A DNA stretch of 44,528 bases from Cyanophora paradoxa CCMP329. Lineage: Eukaryota; Plantae; Glaucophyta. The stretch's first letter is position 1; the number at the start of each line of letters is the position of its first letter. Under the pieces are notes generated by a model. It did not search any database. It was given only the letters and a program-made list of their open reading frames with translations, and was not told where the DNA came from. The position numbers and the translations under genes were made by a program. The DNA lies in contig QPMI01000118.1 in assembly GCA_004431415.1 (NCBI GenBank), forward strand, positions 1-44,528. The letters are read 5' to 3'. Below are positions 10,255 to 22,800 of this stretch, in pieces.

Positions 10255-12420
10255 ATGGGAAGCAGTGGTTCAAAGCAGCAGCCAGAAGCTGGAGGCGCAG
10301 GCGGCGCAAGCGGCGACCACGCCAAGCTGTATGAGCCCAAGCATCTCCAGCATTTATCGGCTGCGGAAATCAGCCTTTTGATAGTACAAACGCCGCCCGA
10401 GCAGCTGTGCAAGATATTCAAACGAAAGCTATCGTCCGCGTCGCGGGAAGCCATCCTGGAACAGATCGTTTGCAAGGGCCTCACCACAGCTCGGGCGAAA
10501 GCAGCGCTCGTGCAGGTGCTGCAACGCTCGCGTTGCGCCGCTGGATTGTAACGGTTGCTCCCAGGCGCTGAACCGAACGGACCTGGATGCGAAAGTGCAG
10601 CGAGCGCTGGAGTCGCTCTTCACCTCGACGCGCGGCGAGGAGCTAACTCTGATGAAGAGCCTGGTTGAGACCGGCCGAAAGGCAGTGAGCCTTCAGTACC
10701 TGCTCTTCAACCGCCTGCGCGTGCGCGGATGCTCGCCCTGCGCCTCAATCCCCTGGCCCACTCTCTAGGCAGGACACGCAGTGCGCTGCGACAATCATTC
10801 GCCACATCAAGTCGGAGGCGGATGCCGTGGTCCAGACGAACGCGCAGCGCGGGCGATCGGCGCTACGGCTCCTCAAGGTCATATCGGACATCGACGACAC
10901 GTTCATATGCATGACGCGGGACCCCACGTACCCCAAGACCTGCCTGTACCCGGGCGTGCTGGTGCTTTGCCCCCCTTTCGCGCCATCCCTCGCCCGCCCC
11001 GATCGGCCCGCACCGATTTCGCTCAGGATTTCTACGCGGCCCTGCATAACCCCGGTCCGTCTCTCTTGTGCGGGCCGCTGCATGTCGTCCCCCTCTGATC
11101 GCTCGGGCCGCAGCCTACTCGGGTGTGCCGAGCTACCTGCACGACGCGTACGCCGGCGGGGCGGACAAGGGCGAGGAGCGGGACGAGGGCGATGAGGGGG
11201 AAGCCGGCAAGGAGGCGGCGGGCAGGCGCGACCCGCTGAGCCGGACGCAGTCCGTGCCTCAGTATCTTGCGGACGGAGCGGATGGCGGCGTACCCCCCCT
11301 CACCGACCTGTCCGCCGAGGGGCCCCTCACCCCCCGCACCATGCCCCAGCACAGTGCGCCGACCGCGCCCTGCCACGCCGCTCCCCTCTGCACGCCCACC
11401 GCGCCCTCACGCCCCGCTCGCAGCCGGCATCCCCAGTTTCGAGTGGGCCTACAGTGCGGCCCTTTCCGCGCGCTCGCCGGCGCCCTCTGTCCTCACGCGC
11501 GCGCAGCCAACGCCACCTCCTCGCTCGCCCCGCCCGCGCATGCCCCAGAACAGTCTGGCGTCCCCGCGCCGAGCCCGCTACGGTTGCTCCGCCCGCCGGC
11601 GCCGGCGAGCTCGGTCACGCGGCACCACCGGAGCCGCAGCGACCCGCCGCCGATCCTGCCGCTGGCGACGCCGCCGCGGCCGTCGGGGGCCTCCTCCACG
11701 CACGGGGCGGCGACGCCGCCCAAGGCCCCCGGCTCCGTCCGCTCCTCCCACTCCTCGTCGTCGTCGGGCCTGGCGGCGTCGGGGGGGGCGGGGGCGTCGC
11801 GGGCGCGGCAGTCCCCGCGGGCGGCCGCCATCCGGGACTCGCTCTACGTGACCTTCATCACGGCGCGCCCCAAGATGTACCGCAAGGGCTACTACTGGCT
11901 CACCCTCCGCCAGCTCCGCCGCGTCCGCCCCCCCGCGCCGGCCGTCCCGCCGGCGGCCCCCGCTGAGCCCCGGGCGGCCGCAGACGGGCCTGGAGCACGT
12001 GACCGTCCTCCCCGGCTCGATGGCCTCCGTCCTCGGCGGCGTCGCCGGGTGCGCCGCCCGCCCCGCCTCCCCGGCGGCGGGGGGCGAGGGGGCGGCGGGG
12101 GGCAGGAAGCGGGACAAGAAGGTGGCAAACTTCGGGGAGTACCGGGAGCTCTTCGGGGAGTTCGCGTTCGTCTTCGTGGGCGACTCGGGCGAGTGCGACG
12201 TCGACGTCGCCCGCCTCCTCCTCCAGCGCCACCCCGCCTCCACCGCCGCCGCCCTCATCCACGCCCGCCCCGCCCCGCCCCGCCCCGCCCCGGGCGCCCC
12301 TCCCGGACCGACGGGGCGCCTGCAGGACGTGACGAACACGGGGCCGGAGGAGCGGGCGGCCCTGCGCGCCAAGGGCATCGTCTACTACGACACGTACGTC
12401 GGCGCCGCCCTCGAGGTCCG

Positions 12421-12460
<40 letters not shown>

Positions 12461-13101
12461 CCCCACGCCCCCTCCCCCCCCCTCCCGGCCGCCGCCACTG
12501 CGGCCGACGGCACCGCAGGCCCTCTCGCTGGGCCTGTTCAACGCCGTCTGCAGCTGCGGCGCCGCGGACGGGCCGCAGCCGGCGCTGTGCCCCCCGCACG
12601 CGCCGCACCTCGAGGGCCGCTCGGGCCCGAGCACCCCGACGCGCGGCGGCAACGGCTCGCCCGTGCCCCTCCCCTTCGCCTTCCCTCAGCGGAGCGGGGC
12701 GTCGACGCCGCCCGGCGGCCCCGCCTCGAGCTCGCGCCCCCCGAGTTGCAGCCCGGTGCCCATGCCGCGCGTCGGCCCCGACGGGGCGGTCGCCTACGCG
12801 CGATTCCAGCACGCCCCGGCCTGCCGCTGCGTCGCCACCGCCCTCCGCGTCGCCCGCGCCGCCGTCCGCGACCACGCCAGGCCCGCCGCCCGCCGCCCCG
12901 CCCGCTCGGTCCGACGTCAGGCCGAACGCGGGCGGGGCGCGCAGGGTCTCGTTCGGGCTCTCGGGGCAGCGGAAGCGGGCGGAGGCGCTGCTGGCGCGGG
13001 ACCTCGAGCTGCTCAACGCGCTCGCCCCGCCCGAAGAGCGCGTCGACCTCCCAGGCGACCGCCGCACCGCCGGCCCCTCCCCAATGTCCCCGCCGGCGTA
13101 G
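10255..13101 (+). CDS. HAD-superfamily phosphatase, APP1/DUF2183 (phosphatidate phosphatase catalytic domain)-like, with N-myristoylation motif; 10 introns
   Basis: Starts MGSSGSK. Motif I KVISDIDDT (DIDDT at 10887-10901), LYPGVLDFY, motif II TFITARP, KVANFGEYRELF, motif IV FVFVGDSGECD, ALIHDV, YYDTYVGAALEA. TAG 13099-13101. GC-AG introns at 12263-12325 and 12881-12944. Confidence 0.8.
12421..12459 (+). repeat. 39-nt poly(C) tract in intron 12416-12518
   Basis: Directly visible run of C just after the GTCCG donor. Confidence 0.9.
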
Positions 13102-13206
13102 CGCGAGCAGTTCCACTGGGCCGAAGAGAGACGGTGTCATTGACCCAGTTTCCGCCGCGGCCGATCGCGATTCGCGAGCCTTGCGCTGCTCAGCAGCTGC
13201 GCATGG

Positions 13207-13264
13207 CTGCAGCCTGCAGGCGCTAGAGCTCTGCAGCGCTAGCGCTAGCGCCTGCAGCCTGCAG
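13207..13264. repeat. 20-bp inverted repeat (19/20 match, 18-nt loop) built from CTGCAG/GCTAGC palindromes, about 100 nt after the gene 3 stop
   Basis: ctgcagcctgcaggcgctag (13207-13226) versus ctagcgcctgcagcctgcag (13245-13264). Confidence 0.75.
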
Positions 13265-13856
13265 GCTGCGCATCATTAGCAGCGCATGCGGCAGTGGCCC
13301 AGTGGGTGCGCCGGGGGCCATGGCCACCGTGGCACAGGCCCGGCCATATGGCCAGCAGCGGGGGCCGGCTGTGGGGCCCCGCAGTGACGCGCGCGAAGTT
13401 GGCCGGTAAGTGCGGCTCGGCCGGAGGTTTGGCGAAGTTCGTGTTCCGCAGTTGCAATCTGTCAATCGAAGGCAGTGAGGGGGGGAGAAACGAATTATGT
13501 CAAGGTCTGGCCACTTCAATCATTGAAAATGCGAGAAAACGGATTTTCATCAAGGCCGTCTCGTTGCGAACTGGCCCTGTCGGAGGGAGGTCAGCCGGCC
13601 GGCCCCGGTACCGAAATCGGACCGCGTGAGCGGCTGGGCTGCAGCGGTCAGAGCTCGGCGACGCGCGACCTGCAGCTAGCGGGTCAAGCGGAGCAGCCAG
13701 CCGCCTCCAGGCGCAGCTTCCAGTTCGCTGGAGCAGCGCAGGAGGGCGCCCTCGCGTTCGCCCGACGCGGCTGTGCGTGACAGATAGGAAGTTCTGGGAG
13801 TCCGACCTCTGGAAGCACAGTCGCGGCCCAGGCCCTCGCAGCCTGGGAGCGCACTT

Positions 13857-16800
13857 ATGGAAGGCGCCAGTAGAGGGGGAAGGCGCCGCAGGAGCCCAGC
13901 GCGGGTCCGAACTCGGAGGATTCACGCGGCATGCGCGTTGGTGCTCCTCGTAGTCTTCGTGGTCGCGTCGGCCCAGACTACCAGCGAGGGCAATCGCGCG
14001 ACCAACATCATTTTCGTGGACCTGGACGCGGCCTCCGACTTCGCTAAGCTCGTCCAGTCCGCGCCTTACTGCCCCACGCTGAAAGGTAAAACCGCACATT
14101 CGGAGGGGTGCGGTGCGAGAATAACTAATCTCATTCGCAGTCGACTCCTGGGCTGGCATAAATGGATCCATTGTCGGCTCGGTGTCGGTCTCCGGCTCGA
14201 CCGCGGGGCTCCCATCGTTCGCGCTTGGTCCGCGGCTGCCATTAGAAGCATGCAATATGCAATCTCTGTTCGCGAATCGTAACCGGCGACTTTCGCTCCT
14301 TGCAGCGACCGTGGAGTACCAGGTCGATTTCGGCGTGCAGGAGTCGTACAACACCTACTACGGCAGTTGGTGGAACAGGTCAGCGCGCGCATTTCGTGCA
14401 GCATCGTCTCTGGTTTGATCGACCGACGGCTCTGACGCCCTACGGTCCAGGCCGTCGGACGCGCAGCCGTCCGTGTCTGTTGCTGACGGCTCGTGGTCTG
14501 TGTCTGTGAGCGAGGGTGCGCTGCCTTTCATCGCTCCCTGTACATTTCTTTGGCATCTAAGCGAATCGCTCGGCCGCGCAGCCGACCTCGTCAACCTGTA
14601 CCTGGTGCCGTCGAGCGCATCGGTACCGCTGACGCAGGGCAACCGGTGCGCCCCGCAGGGCGACGCCGGGCTCCACATGCTAAGCGCTCTGTGATACCGC
14701 AGGTACCTGCCGGACGCGCTGGAGTCGCTCGCTGTCTCGCGGTCGGTGCTCGCACTGGGCCCCACGACGCGGCAGCTGCAATGGTCATGGCCCCGCGCTC
14801 CTGCTTGTGCGCCTGGGGCTGATGCTTGCTCTCTGCGCAGGTCCGGCAAGGTCTGGGCGAAGAAGGTGGCCAAGTTCACGCAGCTGGACCCTGGTGCGTC
14901 GGCTGCTCGGCCGCTGACGCCCCGCACACGAGCTCACGGACTCGGGTCCGGGCAGGTGGCAACTTCTGGTCCAACCGCGACGAGGATGTCTGGGTCGACG
15001 ACCAGGGCAAGCTGCACCTGACGCTCAAGCGGGCGACGCAGACCACCGACGACGGCTTCCTCCAGGGCCGCTGGTACAGCACAGGTGCGCAGCTTGCGCG
15101 GGCGGGCAGCCTTGAAAGCCTGGACTCACGCGTGGCTCGCAGAGGTCGTGCTCCAGGACATCATGGGATACGGTGCGCTTCAGAGCTTCCAGCGTCATGG
15201 GGCTCGCTGATCCGCAGCAGGCACGTACATCTGGTACCTCGACGCCCCCGTGCCTTGGGTTGACCCGTACGCTGTGCTTGGTATCTTCTTCTGGGTGCGG
15301 TGCTGTGCTCGCCGCTGTTGCGCGCCGTCGTCTTGTTCGATCGCTGACGTTTGGCCCCGCCTCGTTCGCGACACCTGCAGGAGGAGGAAGCGGTGCGTCT
15401 ACTGCTGTTGTCTCGCATCAACGTCAGTCTTGCAAATCCTCACTCCACTCGCGCGCTCAGACCGGCATCTCCCCCTGGCGGCACCGTGAAATCGCGTTCG
15501 AGTTCAGCCAGTTCGGAGTGGGCGCCGACCCGACCAACTTCCAGTTCGGCTCAGCCTACGACCCGGTCCGCGCTGGCGGCCATCTACAGCTCGCGTCACT
15601 CGCGTCTCGCTCACGTACCCTGGCGCCGCAGAATCCGGCGATCGGCCGGCCGGAGAACGCGACGATTCGCGTCAACATCAATGACTTGAAGGAGGCGAAG
15701 AACGTTCCGGCGAGCCAGACCAAGTACACCCTGCACTGTACGCGCTGCCCTCTCTTATCGCTAAACTTAAAGAGAATCAACTCACGCTTCTCAGTGACCT
15801 GGACGTCCGGCCGTGCTGTCTTCCGCGTCTATCCGGACTGGTCCGCGGTTGTCCATGACTGCGTCAGACGTACAAATTGTGAACTTGCATTCGGCAGGAT
15901 TTGCAAGTCGAAGCTCATGACGAAGGTGGAGCGCGATGCGCAGACGCTTCTTGCGGAGGAGGTCATCGAGTACCCGGTCTGTCATTATTGTTCACAAGCC
16001 TCGATGGTGGAGTGACCTCCTCCCGCCGCAGAACATCCCTACGCCTGGCCGCCAGCGCGTCCGGATGAACATGTGGAAATTCCGTGCGCCCTGTAAACGA
16101 AGCGGTGCTGGGCATGCTGATCGTGCCTCGCAGCCGACACAACGGGCGGAGACCGTCAGCCCCAGGACCGGACTTACGAGGGTAAGCGCTTTTCCTCTCC
16201 AGTGGATCGAACTGCCTCTCATACCCGTCCCGCAGCGGTTTTCGGCGGATTCGACTACGTGCCGGGTTCGCTGTTCTTCCCGTGTTCTGCAAGCCGTCAA
16301 CCCCCATTCTGACGGTTCTTCTGCAGGCGGGCCGGTTCCCACCAGCGCGCAGATGCCGGACTGTACGACTCTCAAGGTCGTGTTCGACCAGGTGCGCTGT
16401 CCACTTTTCTGTAGCTGCGCTCAAGCTCACAGCTTTCGCGCAGCGTATCGCACTTCCCCGCTCGAAGTCGCTGGTCTCCTTCTCGCCATCTTTCATTGGC
16501 TCCAACGCGGACCCTGCGGATCTCGCGAGCACAGACTGCTCGATGCTCGATGCCGCCTCGCTCGCCCTCGTCGGTGGCGCCGGTTCGTCTTTATGTATGC
16601 GCGCGCGTCGGCCTCGCTTGTCGCTTAGCGATGGCGCCAGATGCGAAGTGCACGATCACGGGCCCGAGCGAGATCACGATCCAGCTCGGCGCCTCCGCGA
16701 CCGTGATGCCCGGCGCGAGCATCAACCTGCGGCCCAACACCGTCGCGACTTCGACGGTGACCTGCGGCGACGCGGAGCCCCTCGTCACCTGGAGGGCCGT

Positions 16801-19800
16801 CGTGCCGTCGGAGCTGTCCAGCTGCTCGTCCACGACATCGACAGGTCTCTCTGCGTCGTGGAACCCCGGCGCCACCATCGGCGTCACCCAGCCGACCGGC
16901 TCCGACAAGCTTGACACCGTGCTGGACGCTCGTTTCAAGGCCCCCACGGCCATGCACCCTTGCAACAACCTCATGCTTGACGCCTCCACGACTGGAGGCA
17001 CTTGCGGTCGCCGCGTCGTTTACAAGTGGGGCTTCGGTGCGCGTTTTGTGTGGTGCTTTCTTCACCGATTCTGATCCTGAACTATCCCGCAGAAACGCTT
17101 GCGCCGAACAACATCTCCGTCGATGCGATTCGCGGCATCGTGGAGTCGGCGAACAGCACCGTCGTCCAGATCCCCAAGGAGCTGTTCGACCCCGGCCAGA
17201 CCTATACTTTCAACCTGACCGTCACGAACGCGTTTGGTCTGTCGTCGACCACCAAGCAGTCCACTGCCGTGTTTCCGATCGACGTTCCCATCGCCATCAT
17301 CTACGGCGCTCGCGACTTCTTCCCTCGAAGCGAGAACCTATATCTTGATACCGATCTTATTCCCGCGTACTGCCTTGGGATCACTCTTGGGCAGCTCCCG
17401 CCACTCGGATTTGATGTGAGTCGTTTTTAACATGATTTTTCTTCGTTGCTTGTCTGATCCTTGTGCGCAGTGGGCTGTTCGCGCTCTGAGCCCCCCAGGG
17501 CCTGAGCTCGCCATTCCCGACGCGTCCTTCAACTCGTCGCGGCGCCAGCTTATCATCCCTGTCCAGGCGCTCACTCCCGGCACGCTGTACGGATTCACCT
17601 TCCGCGCATATCAGATCGAGAAGCCTACCGTGTACGGCGAGGCCTTCGCGATGGCTTTCGCCAAGTACTCGCCGCTCGTTGTCGATATTCCGGAGACGGA
17701 CCGCACAGTGACTCAGCAGGTTCCTGTGAAGCTCACGTGCCAGGCGACTGATCCCGATGCGGGCTCCACGGGCACCTGGCAACCCGCGCCCACCGATAAG
17801 CGCCGTCGCCTAGCCAACCTCATCGACGACTTCACGACGCGCGCCAACCGCCGCCGCGCCCTCCTGGGCGACGAGCACGTGGTTGTCAAGCCGACGGTTG
17901 ATGAGATCTCGTGTATCTCCGGCGGCACGGACGGCACTTGCGTCATCTACTTCGGTGAGCGCTTTCCGACTCTTGTTCAGATGTCATGCGAATATTTCCG
18001 CAGGTTACGATAACCCGTCCACGAGGACGGTCGTGCAGCATGTGGTGACTGAGCCCGGCACCGCACCGACGTACAACACGCTGTACCTCCCGTTCGGCGT
18101 GTCGAACGTGTCGATTCCCCACGAGTTCATTCCCGGCCGCCAGTACAAGGTGTTCTACATCACTGTCCCGTGTGTCCCTTGCACGCAGACATACGCGTGG
18201 GCGCTCAAGACGAGCTCTGCGGACTCCGCCATCACCGCTTCCGCCAACCCGTGCTTCCCGCCGACGGACAGCGCCCCAACGTTTGATACGACCAGCAAGA
18301 AATGCACGGCCATTAAGCCGGACACGGCAGTTGTGCAGACGTCTGACGCGAGCTACGAGTGGTACTGCGAGGACCTGTCTGCGGCCGGAACTCCGTGTTC
18401 CGAGTTCATCGAAGCGTTTTCTGGCGGCATTCCCACAGGCGACACGCTCAACTTCATGTTCCGGCCGGGATTCAACTTTCCCTTCAAGTTTACCTGCAAC
18501 GGTTACGTTGGAAACAAGGCCGGCAAGGACTACGTGACGCTCACTTCAGTCGCTGGTAACGGTCCGACGGTCCTGGTCTATGGCGTCTTCGATGAGTACG
18601 GCAAGCCGTTCCCGAAGATCCAGGACGGCGATCGCTACATCCCGATCGTCCCGTGGAACCGCCCCCTCATGTTCCAGACCAAGGTGACGTCGAACGTCCC
18701 CGTCGGCACTGATCCGACGGTGACGTACGAATGGTCGCTGCCGCCCTCGGACATCGCTCTCGAGTACGGCAAGACGATTTCGACGACGAGCCGCTACAAC
18801 GTGCCGACTCTCATTGTCATGAAGAACGTCGTAACTCCGGGCGCCATTTACCGCGCGACGGTTACCGCTCAGGACGCCCTCAACAATGTCGCGTCTGGTT
18901 ACGTCGAGTTCAAAGTCGGCACGCCGCCGCTCACGCGGTCGCCCATTGGCGGCTTGATTGTCACTCCGACGAATGGCACGGCCATGGGATCCGGCCCCGA
19001 GACTACGCTGTTCCGCCTGACCGCGCTGGACTGGTACTCGCCGTTCGGGCCCGTGGACTTCAAGTTCTATTACATTCCTCCCCGTCAGCAGCAGAACGAT
19101 ACCATTTGGCTGTTTGAGGATATCGTGAACGGCACCGTCCGCAATGACACTGATGGGCGCGAGGAGCTCATCAGCGGGTGGAACCCTTCGAACACTCGCG
19201 GCAACGTCCTGCTCCCCGCTGGAATCCTGCCCTACTACTACATCACGTATGCGATGCTCGATTGATGGTTGTCGCTCTTGCACTCACTGCGGTGCAGGTG
19301 TGTGGTCTACGTGCGCGACATTTACGGAACGGAAGTCCGCGCGTTCACCCGCGCGAGCGTGCTCCCTCCGCGATTGACGGTACGCAACTGCAAATAACCT
19401 TGATGTCGACCAGAGGGTTGAGTTCACTACAGATTTGGTCGATCACGAACCGCACCGTCGGCTGGGCGGCGGACATGATCAACATCGGTGATCCTGGCGC
19501 AGGCCTGAACTCCATTCTCGCCGGTGCGCATCTGATCAACTGGGGCGCGAACGGAACCGCGGCCACGTGCTCGGTGTCGCTTCCATCGCTGTTGAGTTCC
19601 TGGAGTGACGACGATCCGGCCAACCCCACGGACGAGGCCGAGTACATGTACATGAAGGGGCACTACATCGTACGTAACGACCCTCGTTTAATTCTCTTCT
19701 GCCCGCGAGAATCTTATGACACCTTTCCATCGTCAGGTTCAGAACGAGGGGCGCACGGCCATCAGGGGCTCGCTCACGGTCACCTGCCAGCAGGTGTCCA

Positions 19801-22800
19801 CGTTCGCCAGCATTGCTGAAACAGGCAACCCACTCGAGACAAGAATCCCCTACTCGTCTCCGTATTCGAACGATGGTGGTCTTAACCAGCGTCTCTCTGC
19901 GGGGAACACCATCTACGATGACTCGTTCAACCTCACCGATGTCGGCTGGGCCATGCCCGTCGGGGGCTCCTCCAGCTTCGACCTGATCATCCGTTGCCCG
20001 AAGGGCCAGCAAGCACGGTGCCTGCTGCCGGTGTGCAGCTGCCCGACCGGGGACCAGAATCTGGCCAGGCCGGAGTCGCTCGACAAGCTGATGACGCTGG
20101 TGCGATAATCTTCCTCTGCTCTGCAGTGATCACCCCTTACTTCATTTTACGCAGGCCGCAAATATCACCTACCAGCTCAGCCGCGGCTCTATCCCGGACG
20201 CCGAAGTCGAGCAATGCATTAACGCTATCAATGGCATCTTCGGCGAAACAAACACAGACGCCATCATGTCTGGAACGACTCGAACCGCCGCCGGCATTCT
20301 CGCAGAGCTCCTCCGCGTCATGTTCGTTCACACCGGCTTTTCGATCGCTTTTCTGGAGCTAACCGCCTGCCGGCAGTGAGGCGGGCCAGCTTCCGTACGA
20401 TGTCACGTACGCGGCTGTGGAATCGCTGAACCGAATGCTGTGGAACCAGAATCAGCCGAACGACGTAGCGTGCGTTTGCGGCCGTGTTTGCTCACAATAT
20501 CGATCTATCTCACGCACCCTTGCTCACAGGACCGGCCGCCCCGACGCGCCGGGGGTCAAGCTGTCGAATATCACTATTTCGTCGATCTTCGTCACCGTCA
20601 ACTACCCGTCGTCCGTGATCCCCAGCGACGTGATCATGACGATCATCTACCGCCAAGGCCCAGAAGACGCAGAGCCGGTTCTGTTGGAGAGTCTGCCGAA
20701 CGGGCAGAACACGTACAACGACGAGGGGCTGCACTACGGCACCGTCTACACTTACACGGCGACCTTCACCCTGTCGAACGCGATCACCAGCCAGGTCTCC
20801 GATCCGGTCTCTGGCCTCACGCTCCTCCCCGTCGTGCCTACGCCGGTGATCACTGAAATCATCGAAGTCACCGAGAACTGTGAGCCTCTTGTTTGCTTGA
20901 ATTTGCTCGCATGTTCTGAATTCGTTTCTTCGCAGACGTCCAGCTGGCGTTCACGGCGGAGTGGTCAACGAACGGCATCGATGTCGATTTTATCCAGGCG
21001 AATCACACGCAGTACCCTATCTCCGTCCTGATCGCGCCAACGAAGAGGCGGGCGAACCGCCGTATGCTGGCCGCCGGCGAGCTTGCATTCAACGTACCGA
21101 GGGTCAGGGTCACTGAGTTCGGCGCTCTCAACTTCAGCGACTTCGACCTCGCTCCAGGGTCTGTCTACGACTACAACATCATGGCCCACGCCGAGAGCGG
21201 GGCCTTCTCCGCGGGATCGCCGGAGTACCGCATCACCACGTGCCCGTCGCCTCCGTCCCTGGACGTCATCTACGTGACCTGGAACTATGTCAACGTCTCG
21301 GTCGTCGAGCCGCTGGATAGGTCCGCTCAGGTGGCCGTTCGGGCGTACCTGAGGCGCCGCTACGAGCGCTCGGGAGCCGACGTGACGCTGCTGGTGAAGG
21401 AGGACGTCGTCCCGAAGCTCGATGTGACGCTGCCTTACTTGGACAAAGAAGTGCTCCCGGGGCGCGTGATCATCTACTCGGCGCGGTACGCCGTCCTCAA
21501 CTACGAGAAGCTGTACTACTCGCGGTGGACGGAGAACATCCCCGTCTACACCCCGCCGAGCCCTCCGGAGATCAATGCGACGCCCGTGAATTCGACCTGC
21601 GTCAGCGTCACCGTCTCGTGCCCTGCCGACGCCACGGAGCAGTACATCCGCAACGTGACCATCTACCGCGACGGCACACCGATCGCCACCCTGCCCGCCT
21701 GCGACGGGAACACGGATCCAGTTACCATCGTCGACTGCGGGGTCATTCCGGGCGGCGACCACACGTACACCTCGACTTTCAACGGCGATCACGGCACGAC
21801 CTCTGAATCATCCCAGGCGGCTCCCACGGAGCTCCCGCCATCGCCCCCGACTCTCGGCAAGGAGAACGTGGAGGACAAGAGCGCCGACATTAATATTTTC
21901 CTTCCGACCGACGGCAGCGCCACCGGGAACAACTCCGTGGTCGGGGCGTACCTGCTCCGCAACGGCGAGCCCGTCAATGATGTTCAGGGTGGCCCGTTGA
22001 ACGAGGGCGGCTGGGTCGAAGGGCCCGGCGACTGGACGTACCCGGACTCGGCCCTCAGCCCCGGCACCGAGTACACGTACGAAGCGTACATCGTCCGCGA
22101 AAACGGCCTCAAGTCGGCGACGTCGGAGCCGCTGACGTTCTGGACGCCCTGCTCACCGCCGCAAGTGGTGGCGACGTCGCCGACTACGGATTGCATCACC
22201 GTGATTATCACGCTTCAGGATCCCGTTTCCTCTGCGCTCGTGATCAACGTCACGAGGTCCACCGAGGGCGAGGCTCCCGTGGATGTCCGGTCGATCATCG
22301 TGCAGCCTAATGTCACCGTATACTCCTTTGAGGACTGTGGCCTGAATGCGGGCCGCCCGTACAACTACACTGCGACCGTGGACGGCAAGGGCGACACCAC
22401 CTCCGACCCTTCTAAGCCGGCTGAGGAATCGACCGTGCCCCCGCCACCCATCCTTACTCTTGGCCCGGACCCGATCACCAAGGACAACGCAACTTTCACG
22501 ATTTCCGTGCCCGATGGCACCAATGCCGACGACATCAAGTCTTTCAATGTGTACTGCAACGATAAGAAAATCGCCAGCGTCACGCTTCCTGCAGATCAGT
22601 CGAGTGTCACGTTCACGCACGATATCCACATCCCCGGCCATTTCTGCAAGTGCGTTGCATCGTTGACTGTCTGGCAGTCATCCGGTCTCAACTCACTCAC
22701 CTCGCAGTTACTCGGCGGAGATCGTATCGAAGTGGGATGAGGTCTCGAAGGAGTCCGAAGATCTCCCGTTGACGACGTCGCCTCTGGCGCCGCTTCCAGC

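Noticed and set aside
439-12944. Introns as introner (mobile intron) copies
   Set aside because: Similarity among introns is limited to simple CCCCG/GGGGC words and splice signals; no shared unique internal sequence is visible.
84-13279. Many long P/R/A/G-rich ORFs in alternative frames
   Set aside because: Stop-codon scarcity at very high GC plus read-through of CCCCG-rich introns explains them.
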